Below are positions 11,986 through 25,091 of a DNA stretch of 64,000 nucleotides, one piece after another. Below the pieces are notes generated by a model that worked only from the letters and a program-made list of their open reading frames with translations, was not told where the DNA came from and ran no database searches. The position numbers were made by a program, and so were the translations under genes. The stretch comes from Chiloscyllium plagiosum (Eukaryota). Location of the stretch: positions 105,169,927 to 105,233,926 of the forward strand of contig NC_057717.1 of NCBI RefSeq assembly GCF_004010195.1, in the 5' to 3' direction. The stretch's first letter is position 1, and each line of letters starts with the position of its first letter.

Positions 11986-14900
11986 CTAGAGTAATACAGC
12001 ACAGAAACAATTCCTTCAGCCCAATTCATCCATGATGACCAGGTTTCCTAAACTAGTCCCATTTGACTGTGTTTGGTCCACATCCTCTAAACCTTTCCTT
12101 TACATGTACCTGTTCAAATGTCTTTTAAACTTTGCAATTGTACCTGTCTTTCCCACTTTGTCTGGCAGCTCATTCCATATATGAGTATTCCACACTCACG
12201 CGAAAAAGTTGCCCCTCAGGTCCCTTTTAAAATCTTCCCCCCTCACCTTAAACTTATGCCCTCTAGTTTTGGACTTCCCTACCTTGGGGAAGAGACCTTA
12301 TTTATGTCCCTCGTGATTTTGTAAACCTCTACAAGGTCACTACTCTACTCAATGCTCTAATCGATGAAGGCCAGCGTTCCGAACACTCTCTTTACCTGTT
12401 TACCTGTGACACCACTTTCAAGGAACTATGTACCTGCACCCCTAGGTCTTTCTGTTCAACAACTCCCTGCTAGCCTGGTTCATTAAGATCCTGTTGTACT
12501 ATTAGTTAACCTTCTTCACTGTCAACTATATCACCTACTTTGGTGTCATCTGCAAACTTACTAACAATGCCTTCTATATTTTCATCCAAACAGTTTATAT
12601 AAATGATAAACAAAGGTGGATCCAACACCAATCCTTGAGGCATACCACTGGTCATAGGCCTCTAGTCTGAGCAGCAACCCTCTACCACCACCTTCTGTTT
12701 GACCATCAAATCAATTTTGTATCCAAATGGTTAGCTCTCCCTGGATCCCATGTGATCTAACCTCACTAATCAGTTTACCATCCAGAACCTTGTTGAAGCC
12801 CTAACTAGTGCTAATAGATAATGTCTGCCACTCTATGTTAATTTATATTCTTCGTCACCTCTTCAAAAAAACTCATTAAATTCAAGAGAGACATGATTTT
12901 CCACACACAAAGCCATGTTGACCATTAGTCAGACAGTCCTTGCCTTTCAAATGTATGTAGATTCTGTCTCTCAGAATCCCTTCCAACAACTTGTCCACCA
13001 CTGACATTATGCTCACCAGTCTATAGTTCACTGGCTTTTCCTTGCAGACTTTCTGAAATATTGGCACAACATTAGCCATCCTCCAGTCTTCTTGCACCTC
13101 ACCTGTGCTGCCAATTATATAAATAGCTCCACGAGGTGCCCCACAATGTTTTCTCTAGTTTTCCACAGTGTCCTGGGATACACTTGATCAGGTTCTGGGG
13201 ATTTATATACCTTTATGCATTTTAAGACCTCCAGCATCTCATCTTCTGGAATGTGGACTATTTGAGACCCCACTACTTATTTCCCGGAGTTCCCTAGCTT
13301 CCATGTTTTTTTTTACCACAGCCAAAACTGATGAGCCATCCCCTGTGACTCCACAAATTGAAGACCTTGTGGATTTTCTTTAAGGGGTACTATTCTGTCC
13401 ACAGTTATTCTTTTGCCCTTAACGTACTTGTAGAATATCTTTGGATTCTCCTTTACCTTTTCTGCCAAAATTTTCTAATGTCCCCTTTTTGCCTTCCTGA
13501 TTTCCCTCTTAAGTGTATTCCTACACCCCATACTCAAGGGAGTCATTGAACCACAGCTATCTGTACCCAATTTATGCCTCCTTTTTCTCATCCAGAGCCT
13601 CAATGTCTCTAGTCATTTCCTGGCAGCCTTGCCCTTTGTACTAACAGGAACATGCAGCTCCTGAATTCTTTTTATCTTGCTTTTGAAAGCCTCCCACCTG
13701 CCAGGCGTCCATTTACCTTTGAACAGCCTCCCATATCAACTTTGAAAAATCCTGTTAAAACCATCAAAACTGACCTTGGTTAATTTAATTTGTGAACTAA
13801 ACCTATCCTTTTCTATAACCATTTTAAAACTAATAGAATTACGGTCACTAGTCCCAAAGTGCTCCCTCACTAGCACCTCAGTCACTTGCTATGCTTTATT
13901 TCCCAAGAGGCAGTCAGGTTTGCACTTTTTCTAGTAGGACATCTACATATTGTTTGAGAAAGTTTTCCTGAACACAAACTCCTCCCCATCCAAGCCTTTA
14001 ACACTATCCCTAGTTAATTTTTGGAAAGTTATAATCCCCTACTATTATAACCCTGCTGTCCTTACAGTTATCTGTGTCTCCCCACACATTTGCTCCTCAA
14101 TTTCTGTTTGACTATTGAGTGGCATATAGTATAATCGAATCAAAATGATCACCCCTTCTTATTTCTCAGTTCCATCCATATAGCTTCACTGGATGATCCG
14201 TCAGGAATATCTTCAGTACTGCCATGATGTTTTCCCTAATCAAAAATGTCACTTCACCCTCCTCTCTTGCTACCCGTGCTATCCTTCCTATAGGATCTGT
14301 ATCCCAGAACATTAAGGCTGCCAGTCCTGTCCCTCCATGAGCTATGTTCTGTATTATGTTACAATGTGTGTTAAACCCTCCTGCTTAATTTAAACCAGAA
14401 ACACAGAAGAATTTATCCCGTGCAGTAATCTGAAAATTTGAGAGGCCAAGAACTATTTAAAGTAAAAACTAACAACTTTATTACTTAAAGTATAACAGAG
14501 AATAATTAACTCACAACTATTTACACCTCCTTTCTGTAACTTATCTTTACCTTCCCTTCTATAATATTAGTCCGATAAAACTCCCAATTAAGATTTACTG
14601 GAAAATTCAAATTTTAAAACCAGCCAGCGGTTGAATCTTCTCTTTATCTTCGTTGGTAGATTGGCTCTCCGGGTCATTTTAGAGGTTTTTCTCTGTGCAA
14701 ACTCCTTCTCTAGACAGATACCTCTCAGAGAGTTCTGACTAGCAGTCTACAGCTATTGGTCTGGTGGCAGTTCTCCTCCCAACATTTCAATTTTCCCTGG
14801 TCTTATACCCCAAAGCATTGGATTGTGTCATTGGCTTTTAACATTGTCAATATACTCAATTCAAACTTCATTGGTATTTGGTATTTTTCCCCTTTGAGAA

Positions 14901-15960
14901 TTTACTGCAACTTCTCAGAGATATCCTTGACCCTGGCATTAAGAGGCAACACCATCCTGGATTCTGACTCATGGCCACAGTAACACGTCTGTTCTTCTGA
15001 CTAGAATGACCCCTGCCACAATCAGTTGCTTAGACTTTTCCATATCCTACTTTACAGTAGAGCTAGTTGTGGTGTCAAAGACCTGGCTGCTGCAGTTACT
15101 TTTCCCTGAGAGGCTATCACCCCAACTGTATTCAAAATGGTATACTTGTTGAGAGGGAGATACTCACAGAGACTACTGCACTACCTGCCTGCCTGTCCTG
15201 GCAGTCACCCATTAACTTGACTGAACTTGCATTGTGACCACTTCGCTGAAGCTATTAGCTATCACACTCTTTGCCTCCTGTATACTCCTCAGTGTCCAAC
15301 TGCTGCTCCAACTGATCCATGCAGTCAGACAGGAGCTACAACCGCCACACTTCCTATAGACATAGTCACCAGAGACTACTCTCATGATCTCCTGACAGGA
15401 GCATACCAGTCCACTGACTTTCATCTCTGCCCCTTTAACAACTAGAGGGCTTGGGGGAAATAAAAAGTCTTACCTTGTCCTTGCCTTGTTGCTGCTTGTC
15501 CTCCTCAACAAAGCACGTATTCACCTAGGCACACACTTTGATCTACCAGCAGAGCTTTGACCTCAAAGCAGCCCATCTCAAAAATGGTCAAAACAAGAGA
15601 CTGCAATGCCGGTCCCATATCCCTAAACTCCCACACTGAGTTCAACTGCCAGTATTTATACTCCATGCAGTTTCCATTCTGAGCTGGGAGTATCTTAGGC
15701 CTTGCTTTTGTACTAGATGGCCTGCCTGCTAAACAAACCAGATTAAACCAGTTTGCTGAATTAACTTAATTGGCTGCCTAAAAGAAAGAGAAACTTAAAT
15801 ATCTAGCCTTCACTTATGCACAATTTGCTAGATTCTAAGAAGGCAAAAGGTTCAGATATATACCCTTAAAACTCCCACACTTAGCTCAACTCCCATAGCT
15901 TTCACTCTCTGCAGTTCCCACTCCGTGCTGCTGGCACTTTAGGCCTTGCTTTTAGACAAG
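11985..15960 (-). mobile_element. Near full-span decayed CR1 LINE (5'UTR, ORF1, ORF2, 3' end) with internal deletions
   Basis: Minus strand: ORF1 CSCQ..DYVYRKC and an esterase remnant (~14890-15430), APE (~13800-14350), EDWRMANVVPIF..NYRLVS..QHGFVCGKSCLS, and 3' tail at ~11990. Confidence 0.85.
14357..14890 (-). mobile_element. Truncated LTR related to the Gmr1 3' LTR at 52082-52791
   Basis: Reverse complement aligns by eye to ~52270-52791 (e.g. gcttaatttaaaccag-aacacaga, aagaactatttaaagtaaaaa-taacaactttatt, tcaattcaaact). Confidence 0.8.
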
Positions 15961-15967
15961 ATTATGA

Positions 15968-18110
15968 AGTACTTGAAGATTTGTAGCTCAAGTTGAGATT
16001 CTGGATGTAAGTTTGCTCACTGAGCTGGAGGGTTCGTTTTCAGACATTTTGTCACTATACTAGATAACATGATCAGTGAGCTCCAGTGAAGCGATGTTAT
16101 GTCCCACTTTCTATTTATATGTCTTGGTTTCTTAGGATGGGTGATATCATTTCCGATTCTTTTTCTCAGAGGATGCTAGGTGGAGTCCAAATTGATATGT
16201 TTATTGATGAAGTTCCGGTTAGAATGGCATGCTTCTAGGAATTCTCATGTGTGTCTCTGTTTAGCTTGAACTAGGATGAATGTGTTGTCCAGGTCAAAGT
16301 GGTGTTCTTCTTCATCTGTATGTAAGGATACTCGTGATAGCGGGTCATGTCTTTTTTTGGCTAGTTGATGTTCATGTATCCTGGTGGCTGGTTTTCTGCC
16401 TGTTTGTCCAATGTAGTGTATGAATGGTATTTTGTAAATGACATTTGTTTTTCTGGTTGCTTGTATAGGGTCTTTTAGGTTTATTAGCTGCTGTTTAAGT
16501 GTGGTAGATGTGTGGGCTACTATGATGCCAAGAGGTCTAATTAGTCTGGAAATCATTTCAGAGATGTCTTTGATGTAAGGTAATGTGGTTAGAATTTCTG
16601 GACATGTTGTGTCTGCTTGTTTGGGTTTGTTGTTGGGAAATCAGCAGACTGTATTTATTGGGTATCTGTTCTTGAATACGCTATATAGGTATTTTTCTTC
16701 TGCTCTTCATAGTTCCTGGGTGCTGAAGTGTGGTGTGGCTCATTAAAATAATGTCCTAATGCAGCTCTGTTTGTGGGTTTTGGGATGATTGCTTCTGTAG
16801 TTAAGTATTTGGTCCGTGTGTTGTTTTCCTGTAGAGACTGGTTTGAATTTCCCCATTGACTGTTCGCTCTACTGTGACATCTAGGAATGGGAGTTTGTTG
16901 TCGTTCTCCTCCTCTTTTGTGAATTTTATGCCAGTAAGGATATTGTTGATGGTATTGTAGGTTTCCTCTAAGTGTTCCATTTTGTGATGACAATAGTATC
17001 ATCCACATAGTGGACCCAAAGTTTGTGTTGGATAGTTGGGAGGGCTGTTTATTTGAGTCTCTGCATTACTGTTTCTGCTAGGAACCCTGATATTGGTGAT
17101 CCCATGAATGGCCTATTGATTTGTTTGTCGGTCTTGTTATTGAATGTGAAGTGAGTGGTAAGGCACAGGTCCACTAGGTGACGCTGTTATCTTTGCTGAT
17201 GAAGCCGGTGCTGTCTGGTGTTTGTGCCTTTGGTTCTTCTAGTAGTGCAGTCAGTGTTTCTTCGGCAGTTACGTCAAAGGAGACCATTATTTCATCCTTT
17301 TCTATCTTGGTGTCTTTGATAGTGTTCAGGAATTCTTGGGTGGAATGAATGAAGTGGTGTGAGTCTTCTACTAGGTGTTTTAGTTTTCGGTGGAGTTCCT
17401 TGGCTAGTCTGTATGTCGGTGTTCTAGGTAGTAAGACGTTGAGTCTGAGGGGTGCTCCTCGGTTGTGTACTTTAGGTAATCCATAGAAGTGTGGTGTGTT
17501 GGATCTATCTGGTTTCATTTTTCGGAAGTCTGTCTTGTTTATTTCTCCTGGTTTCTGAAGCCTTTATAGTAGGGATGTGATTCTGTTTTCTAGTTATGGG
17601 GTAGGATCTATCGTCACCTGTTGGTAAGTATTGGTATCTGCAAGCAGTGAGTTCGCTTTTCCAAGTAGTCCGAATTGTTTAGAATGACAGTCATGCGCCC
17701 TTTGTCAGCATGTAGGATTACAATGTTTTTGTCTTTTTTGAATCTTTCTACAGCTTTCTGTTCCTGTGTATTGAGTGTATTTCCTTCCTTTTTTCTGCTT
17801 AATGTCAGTGCTGATGGTCTGCTGGGTTTCTTCTGTGAGTCTGTTATCCTTCAGTGTTGATTCTAATGCTGCTAGGAAGTCCTTTTTGTCCGTGTCTCTG
17901 TTCTTGCAGTTTAACCCTCTTACTAGGACGTCTTTTTCTGTATCTGTTAGTGGTCGGTCGATAGGTTTTTTTATTCCACGCCTCTGTGTTGTCTGTGTTG
18001 TTCTTTCGTGTGAGCTTGTTACGTTTTTCCTGAAGGGCGAGTTTTTTTTATTTTCTGTGTTTGATGCTTATGGCTAGTTCTAATGTGTCTGTCCATTCAT
18101 GGTCTGTCCT
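15968..18110 (-). mobile_element. Penelope-like element (Poseidon-type): RT + GIY-YIG endonuclease + pseudo-LTR, decayed
   Basis: MKPDRSNTPHFYGLPKVH..PLR..EIMVSFDV (PLE RT) and NVIYKIP..YIGQTGRK..RIHEH (GIY-YIG). The 3' end matches the PLE fragments at 35582 and 38727. Confidence 0.9.
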
Positions 18111-18129
18111 AGTGTATCAAGTTTTTTGA

Positions 18130-19107
18130 CACGAAATTTCCCGATTGCATTTGAGGAGTCAATTGTGGGAAACATTTCTCTAAGCGTTCTGTAGCCGTTC
18201 TGGGGCCTTGGATGAAGGTGAGGGGGGAGGTGTATGCGCAGGTTTTAGACTTCCTGCAGTGTCAAGGAAAGATGCTGGGAGTATAGGATGGGTTCGTGGA
18301 GCGAACGTGGACCTAACAAGGGAGTTGCGGAGAGAATGATCTTAGCGGAATGCAGATAGGGATGGGGTGGGAAGTATATCTGTGGTGGTGGGGTCTGTTT
18401 GTAGGTGGCGGAAATGGTCCATGCCTCCTACCAACCCATCCTCCACTCCTGGCACCTTTCCTTGCCACTGCAGGAAGTATACAACCTGCACCCAAACTTC
18501 CCTCCTCAACTCCATCCAAGGCCCCAAAGGATACTTCTACATCCAGCAGTGATTTTCCTGCACCTCCACACACATCGTCTACTAAGTCCTTTGCTCCCAA
18601 TGTGGTCTCCTCTACACTGGGGAGACAGGACGCCAACTTGCGGAACGTTTCAGAGAACATCTCTGGGATACACACACTAAACAGCCCTCCGCCCTGTCGC
18701 CGAACACTTCAATTCTCCCTCCCACTCTGTCAAGGACATGCAAATCCTGGGCCTTCTTCACCGCCAGATTCTAGCCACCTGACGCCTGGAGGAAGAACCC
18801 TTCATTTTCCACATTGGGACCCACCAAATACACGGAATCAATGTTGATTTCACCAGTTTCCTTATCACCTTCCCCCCCCCACCTTATTGCAGATCCAACT
18901 CTCCAACTCAGCACTGCCTTCTTGATCTGTCCTATCTGTCCATCTTCTTTCCCACCTCCCAGCTCCACCCTCTCCCATTTATCTCTCAGCACCCTTGGGC
19001 CTCGCCCACATTCCTTATGAAGAGCTTATGCTTGAAGCATTGACTGTCCTGCTCCTCGGATGCTGCCTGACCAGCTATGCTTTTCCAGCACCACACTTTT
19101 TGACTCA
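18130..19107. mobile_element. Penelope-like element (Neptune-type) 3' part in inverted arrangement (minus ~18130-18425, plus ~18430-19107)
   Basis: Plus arm encodes PGTFPCHCRKYTTC (Cys linker) and GLLYTGETGR..RERFREH-like GIY-YIG, then the pLTR end. The minus arm repeats the same linker. Confidence 0.8.
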
Positions 19108-19491
19108 GCTATTTTGTTTGCCTGTCACTCAAGTCTGGTAGCTCACCACTCACCACTCAACCTTGGTGAACGCTCTCCACAACAATTTCAGTAAGCTCTT
19201 GGGTGAGAATTCTCTTTCTTAGCCATTTGCTACCATCCAGTTCCCTCATGACTGCTGCACACAGCCCTCTTTCCAGTAAGTACCCTTCTTACCCAGCATC
19301 ACTTGCAACCAGAGTCCCCTCGTGACCGCGTCCCTTGATGTTATGTTCTGTCTCCCAGTAAGTCTACTAAACTACCTCCTCAATTCCATGCCATTTCCAA
19401 ATCCAGGCGACATTCAATCTCCTCCCTTCCTTCTGAGAACAAAATAGCACACAGTTAGTGTGCCATGACTCAGGCTCAATGCCAGTTAATA

Positions 19492-19661
19492 TGTTTAGGA
19501 TAATTCATAAATTATAAAAAGACCATGAGGTAGGCCTGTGTATCTTGACGTGGGAACAATTTATTACACAGCTATATAGTAGGACCTAGACTAACTCAAA
19601 GTTCCTGCCATGGGTCACCTGGCCCACTCTCTTAAAAGGGGAGCATGAACCCATAACTACA
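19492..19661 (-). mobile_element. Short (170 bp) solo LTR-like element, 4-bp TSD AATA
   Basis: TG...CA ends, AATA at 19488-19491 and 19662-19665, AATAAA on the minus strand. Confidence 0.55.
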
Positions 19662-19664
19662 AAT

Positions 19665-20240
19665 ATTATACAGGGATGAAGGGCTTGTCAGACGAGGAGC
19701 AGTTGAAGCCTTTCATTGGTACTCAATGGAATTAGGAAAAATTGTGGAGGGGGAAATCTCATTGAAACTTACACAATACTGAGAGACCTAGATAGAGAGA
19801 ACATGGAAAAAATATGTAGGAGTGACTAGAAGCCGAGCGCACAGCCTCAGAGTAAAGACATGATTCTTTAGAACTGAGATAAGGAGGAATTTCTTCAGCC
19901 AGAGGGTGGTTAATCTGTGGAACTCATCGCCATAGAGGGCTGTGGAGGCCATGTCATTGAATGTGTTTAAGACAGAGATAGGTTCTTGATTGGTAAGGAG
20001 ATCAAGGTATATGGGGAGAAAGCATGAGAATGGGATGGAGGAACATATCAGCCCTGATTGAATGGCCTAATTCTACTCCAGTATCAAATAGTCTTATGAT
20101 CTTATAGCTATTAAAGGCATCAAGGTATATGGATAGAAAGCAAGAATGTGGCATTGAGACTGGAATCAACCATGATCATGTTGAATGCTGGAGCAGGTTC
20201 AAAGGGCTGAATGACCTATGCCTGCTCCTAGTTTCTGTTT
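19665..20240 (+). mobile_element. CR1 3' end fragments (two tandem tails)
   Basis: RNFFSQRVVNLWNS motif, two 'ggtatatgg..agaaagca' 3' ends and a (tcttatg)n tail. Confidence 0.75.
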
Positions 20241-20309
20241 ACCCTTCAGGATTCAAAGTCAACCCAGACTGAATACATAACAATCTCCTCACTTTGCTAC
20301 TTACATGGA

Positions 20310-20415
20310 TCAACTTGTTCAGAGAACTTAGTACACACTTATGGAGCAAGTGAGACCTGAACCCAGGCTGGCTGGTTCAGAGGTAGAAAACTACTACTGT
20401 GCCACAAAAGCTCTA
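20310..20415 (-). mobile_element. Short tRNA-head SINE (similar copies at ~7300, ~29075, ~33710)
   Basis: Minus strand tgtggcacagtagta...ctgggttcaggtctcacttgctcca, A/B-box like. The same motif recurs four times in the window. Confidence 0.55.
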
Positions 20416-20521
20416 CTTATATGGTTCCAATACAAAATTAGTTTAGGTGTTTTCAATTCAGTTCCTGGTGATAATGGTCACACAATAAACTGGCATTAAC
20501 TTGCAATCTCAGTTATATGGG

Positions 20522-20860
20522 TCATAGAATCCCTACAGTGTAGAAACCTTGGCAATTATCCCAGCAAGTCAACTGGCCCAGGAAGTCAACACCAATCCTC
20601 CGAAGAGTAATCAGACCCATTCCCCTATTACTCTACACTTACCTACACATCCCTGAACACCAAGGCAATTTAGCATGGCCAAATCACCTAACCTGCACAT
20701 TGTTGGATTGGGAGGAAGCCGCAGCACCCAGAGGAAACTCATGCAGATAGAGGGAGAATGTGCAAACTCCACCCAGACAGTCCCCCGAGGCTGTAATTGA
20801 ACCTGGATCCCTGGTGCTGTGAGGCAGCAGTGCTAACTACTGAGCCACCATGGCCGCCCC
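20522..20860 (-). mobile_element. HE1-type tRNA-derived SINE
   Basis: Reverse complement of gggcggc..ggtggctcagtagttagcactgctgcctcacagcaccaggga..ggttcaatt..tgtggagtttgcacattctccc..gctaaattgcc..ctgtagggattctatga. Confidence 0.85.
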
Positions 20861-21184
20861 AAAGGGTGAATGACCTTTTATGATATGGATTGCTCTTCTA
20901 GTGTTTGGGAGAAGCACATTTTTAGTGATAGAGCAACGGGAGTTTTAGTCTTTCTCTAATGTCCCTTTTAGCTGTAGGATCACTATAGGACAGTGATAGC
21001 CATTACAAACAATAATATAAAGGATTAGGCATTAGTGGATTTGAGGCACAAGCCTTCCCTGAAATGATGCTTCACTGATGCTTCCAATGTAAACTGCTAT
21101 TATTATTGAAGTTAATTTGGTCATCAAACCTGGATTTAACTGTAATTAAGTAAGGTACTGAATTCAAATATGACAAAGGTGTAC

Positions 21185-21239
21185 TGCTCCTCGGATGCTG
21201 CCTGAACTGCTGTGCTCTTCCAGCACCACTAATCCAGAA
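21185..21239 (+). mobile_element. 55-bp PLE pLTR fragment with 10-bp TSD AAAGGTGTAC
   Basis: tgctcctcggatgctgcctgaactgctgtgctcttccagcaccac flanked by AAAGGTGTAC at 21175-21184 and 21240-21249. Confidence 0.75.
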
Positions 21240-21690
21240 AAAGGTGTACACCTAAGTCAATCCTACAACGTTTTTCTCACCAACTGGTTTACAAACTTGG
21301 GACTTGCACCAAGATCAAGAAAACTGTCCCACAGTCAAACAACAGACTGATTGTCAGAATCCTTTCTGCTAGTGTCCCAAATTCCATCATTACCATCTCC
21401 TGTGTATATCCTGTTCCAACAGCACGACACATCCACCAGAGGCAATGTGATAGACCCATCATGAGGGAGTGGTCCAAGGAGTCCTCAACAGTGATTCCTG
21501 TAAAGTCACATTGCATTGTATCAAGCATGGGCACAGGAACCCTATTTGCTACAGACTAACTCATATAATACTCTGCCTCAGCTACTGAATTTATAGTCTG
21601 CCATGTTGAACATTACTTGGAAGGAGTACTGAAGGCTGCAAAAGCAAAAATTGTTCTATAATGGGGGACTTCAAAATACACCATCAAGCA

Positions 21691-21899
21691 TGAAGAAAGT
21701 GAGGAGTGCAGATACTGAAGATCCGAGTCAAAGAGTGTGCTGCTGGAAAAGCACAGCCAGTCAGGCAGCATCCGAGGAGCAGAAGAGTCGACGTTTTGGG
21801 CTTCCTGATGAAGGGTTTATGCCCGAAACATCGATTCTCCTGCTCCTCAGATGTTGCCTGACTGGCTATGCTTTTACAGCATCACACTCTTCGACTCCA
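21691..21899. mobile_element. Fold-back PLE pLTR mini-element with hammerhead core
   Basis: Inverted arms centred near 21800. Degenerate 13-bp TSD acaccatcaagca/acatcatctagca. Confidence 0.8.
21805..21832 (+). ncRNA. Minimal hammerhead ribozyme motif
   Basis: CUGAUGA-A-GGGU(UUAU)GCCC-GAAA-CAUC. Core intact; stem III variant CAUC instead of CGUC. Confidence 0.65.
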
Positions 21900-22212
21900 A
21901 CATCATCTAGCAAGGGTCAATAGAACTACTACTGACTGAGCTAAACAGACCAATAGAATCTATCTGCCAGACTCGGCTAATGGCGTGTAATGATAGAACT
22001 GACTGTAGGGAAAGCTACTTGAGTTCATCAGAATCAACCTGTTTGCAGCAATGCCAGACATAACCAATGCACAGCCCTTTTAGAGACAAAGGGATAGCTC
22101 ACCAGCTCACTGGGGAAAGGCTGGGAGCCTGTTTTCCCTCAACTTCCCACTGCTGTGCAACTTTGCCCGCATGGAGTGGCATGGTGGCTCAAGGGGCAGC
22201 ATGTTGACTCAG

Positions 22213-22555
22213 GAGGTGGCACGGTGGCTCAGTGGTTAATACTGCTGCCCCACAATGCCAGGGACCCAGGTTCGATTCCAGCCTTAAGTGATAGTTTGTG
22301 TGGAATTTGCACATTTCCCTGTGACTGTGTGAGTTTCCTCACATAGAGCAAACATGTGCAAGATAGGTGGACTGGCAATGCTAAATTACCCCGCAATGTA
22401 CAGAGATGTACAGGGTAGGTGGTTAGCCATGGTAAATGGGGGTTACAGAGAATGCGTTGGAGGCTCGGCCTGAGTGGGCTGCTCTTCAGAGGGTTGGTGC
22501 AGATCAGATAGGCTGAATGGCCTTTTTCTGCACTAGAAGGATTCTATGATTCTAA
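22213..22555 (+). mobile_element. HE1-type SINE (older copy)
   Basis: ggtggcacggtggctcagtggttaatactgctgcc..gggacccaggttcgattcc (A/B boxes), central body and (attctatg)n tail. Confidence 0.85.
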
Positions 22556-22994
22556 GTTAGCAATCATCTATCCAACCCAGAAACCAATTCTATCACTTCA
22601 GTTACAACTCTGGTATCTATCCAGTAATATGGATAATTGCCAAGGTATATTCTTTACAGAAAAAGCAGAGTGAATTCAACCCATTCAGTTATCATCCCAA
22701 TCCTCCCCTGATCATCAGTAAGTTGATTGAGCAGGTTGTTAACAATGCTATGAAGCAGCAGTAACTGGCTTGCTAATGCTCATTTTGAGGACCACCAGGG
22801 CCACTCAGCTTCTGGCCTCATTATAGTCTACGTTCAAAGCTCTCCACTGATTGGAGCCATACCAGCAAATAAGAAAAATGATTATGGTTGTTGGAGGTCA
22901 GTCATTTTCAGTTCCAGGACATCTCTGCAGAAGTTCCTCAGGGTAGTGTCCTCGACCCAACCATCTTCAGCTGCATCACCAAAGACCTTCCCTC

Positions 22995-23290
22995 TGTTAT
23001 GTTTCACAGCAGATATATAATACACCTTTAAGGTACATGCTCATCATTTTTACATGACATAAGATCTCATGATAGTAAGGTCTCAATCTCCATTTTACTG
23101 AGGAGATTACTACAGTATGTCATGCTCCATCTTGCAGCATGACATACTGTAGCATGCTTCCTACAGCATGCCTGAATTGCTGAGTTTGAGCCCAAGACAT
23201 GCAAATGCCTGTGACTGTAGAGTGTATTTATAAATACTAGGTACTGTAATAAAAGTTCATTCAATACTTCATGACTCAAGTCCTATATTT
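22995..23290 (+). mobile_element. Possible degenerate solo LTR with internal hairpins
   Basis: Starts TGTTATG and interrupts an old CR1/L2 RT fragment. AATAAA at ~23248. No clear right end or TSD. Confidence 0.35.
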
Positions 23291-23529
23291 CTTTCATTTC
23301 TTTCCCTATCCCTCTGCCATTTTTAACAGTACACAAGGAATTGTCTTGAAGATGTAAAGCAAGTTAAACAAAGTTCCAACAGAATTCCCGCAACTCTTCA
23401 CGCCAATGATAATTAGAAATCTATCACCCTCTAATTTAAACATCCTCAAAGACTGAGATTCCACAGCCCTTTGAGGTTGACAAATACAAAGATTCACCAA
23501 CCTTTGAGTAAAAGCAATCTCTCATTTGG

Positions 23530-23960
23530 TACATCACCATACGGAACAGAGATTGGTTGAAGCTGATATAGAATGCCTCTTTTGTCTCATCCGTTACATC
23601 TAGGGTCAGGACCAGGCACTGATGACTGTGATGTACTGCTTCTGGGCCGAGGTGAACCTAGGGTAATGAGACATTATCATATGCCACAGGGAAAGTCATT
23701 AAAAGGTCTGACCATTTCATTTCTTACGGTGAAGCCGACTCCATGGAGATGGTGTTCTTCTTCTGATTTGCTATTCTAGGAGAAGGTATAACCATCTCAG
23801 TGTTCCTTAAGATGGTCTTCTCCTGTTAGTCATGTCTAGCTCAGGGCAGCAATGTCGATATTGCAATACTGGAGTTCCTGGGCTATGATGGCAATGTGAT
23901 GTTCAGGTCATTGTTGGGTTAGGGCCCATAAAGGTCCTGGTATTTCAGGTCATTTGGGTG
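23530..23960 (-). mobile_element. RTE-clade LINE endonuclease fragment, decayed
   Basis: Minus strand reads approximately NTRTFM..NDLN..IAIIAQELQYCNIDIAALS..GYTF...EEEHHLHGVGFTVRN..YITVISA..TLDVTDETKEAFY, the RTE/BovB APE signature. Confidence 0.75.
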
Positions 23961-25091
23961 GGGTTGATGGAAGCAGGAGGCTAGGGTAGAAAATCACTGC
24001 ACATGGATTCTTTGGACATGTCATTATCAACCACTATACAGTCCCAGCAGAGTGAGGTTTTGACCTAATAGCAAAGAAAATCTGGAGACCTGGCTCTGCT
24101 GTAGGACAGGGGTACTAACAAACACTCATGTTCCAACAATTGTTACCATGGTTGAAGAGAAGGTGAAGGCATGGCAATGGTTATGATAGTTGATAGGCCT
24201 GTACGCTTTTCTCCTCCATGAAGCAGGAGTTATCTTGTAAGATAAACATTTCTGGAGAAACTTTTAGCACACCCGTCATATTCACTGAAAATGGTTTGTT
24301 CTCCATATGCCTGCACAGGTTATTGAGTAGCCACCAGTTCTTGGAAAATGTGATTTTGCAACTGAAAGAGCAAATAAAGAGATTCTGGGATAGTTTGTCT
24401 CACTCTGATATCAACAGCTGCTCCTCACTTGCCACCTCCTCACTCCCTCAGGTCCCCTCCTCCTCATTCCCTTAGGCTGGTCTTTCCTCCTCGGTTTCTC
24501 GGGCCAAGAGTGAGAGTACCGTTTCATCCTCACACTGTGATGATGGGCGCAATGTCAAATATAGCCTAGTAATAGATGACTGGAACCTCATAATAAGAAA
24601 AAAATATTTAGCACCTTTTAGACATCGATCCCATCAGCACCCATACATTTTTACATATGATCTGTCTATTACCAATGTAAAACATTGTTTGATTTGATCA
24701 GCCATTTTTTGGGACATACTGCCTAGATACTTAGCAGCAGTAAAATTAATACATTGCATTGTTCAATTGGGTGGTAGACAAAGCAACTGACCAGTGTGAC
24801 GTCTGCTACATAGGCCATCTGCCTCAGCAATTGGCTGATCAAATCAAATCCTTTGATTGTTGATAATGAGGTAGAACACAGACCATACTCAACCAGCCTG
24901 CATCTGTGAAACCCAAAACAAACTCTCCACTGTTGGGTACCATTCCATGTTTGGATAGCACTTGGTGAACTATCTTTAGTGTGTTTGTAAGTACACTAAC
25001 ACCAAATTTATGAGAGTCAAGTTTGTAAAATGTCTCATTCACACTTGCTTGAAGCAACATACATTCATACACTTACAAATTAAAGGAATAT

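Noticed and set aside
22213..22290. tRNA-like A/B boxes (also 29420, 34207, 38503)
   Set aside because: These are SINE heads continuing into SINE bodies, not tRNA genes.
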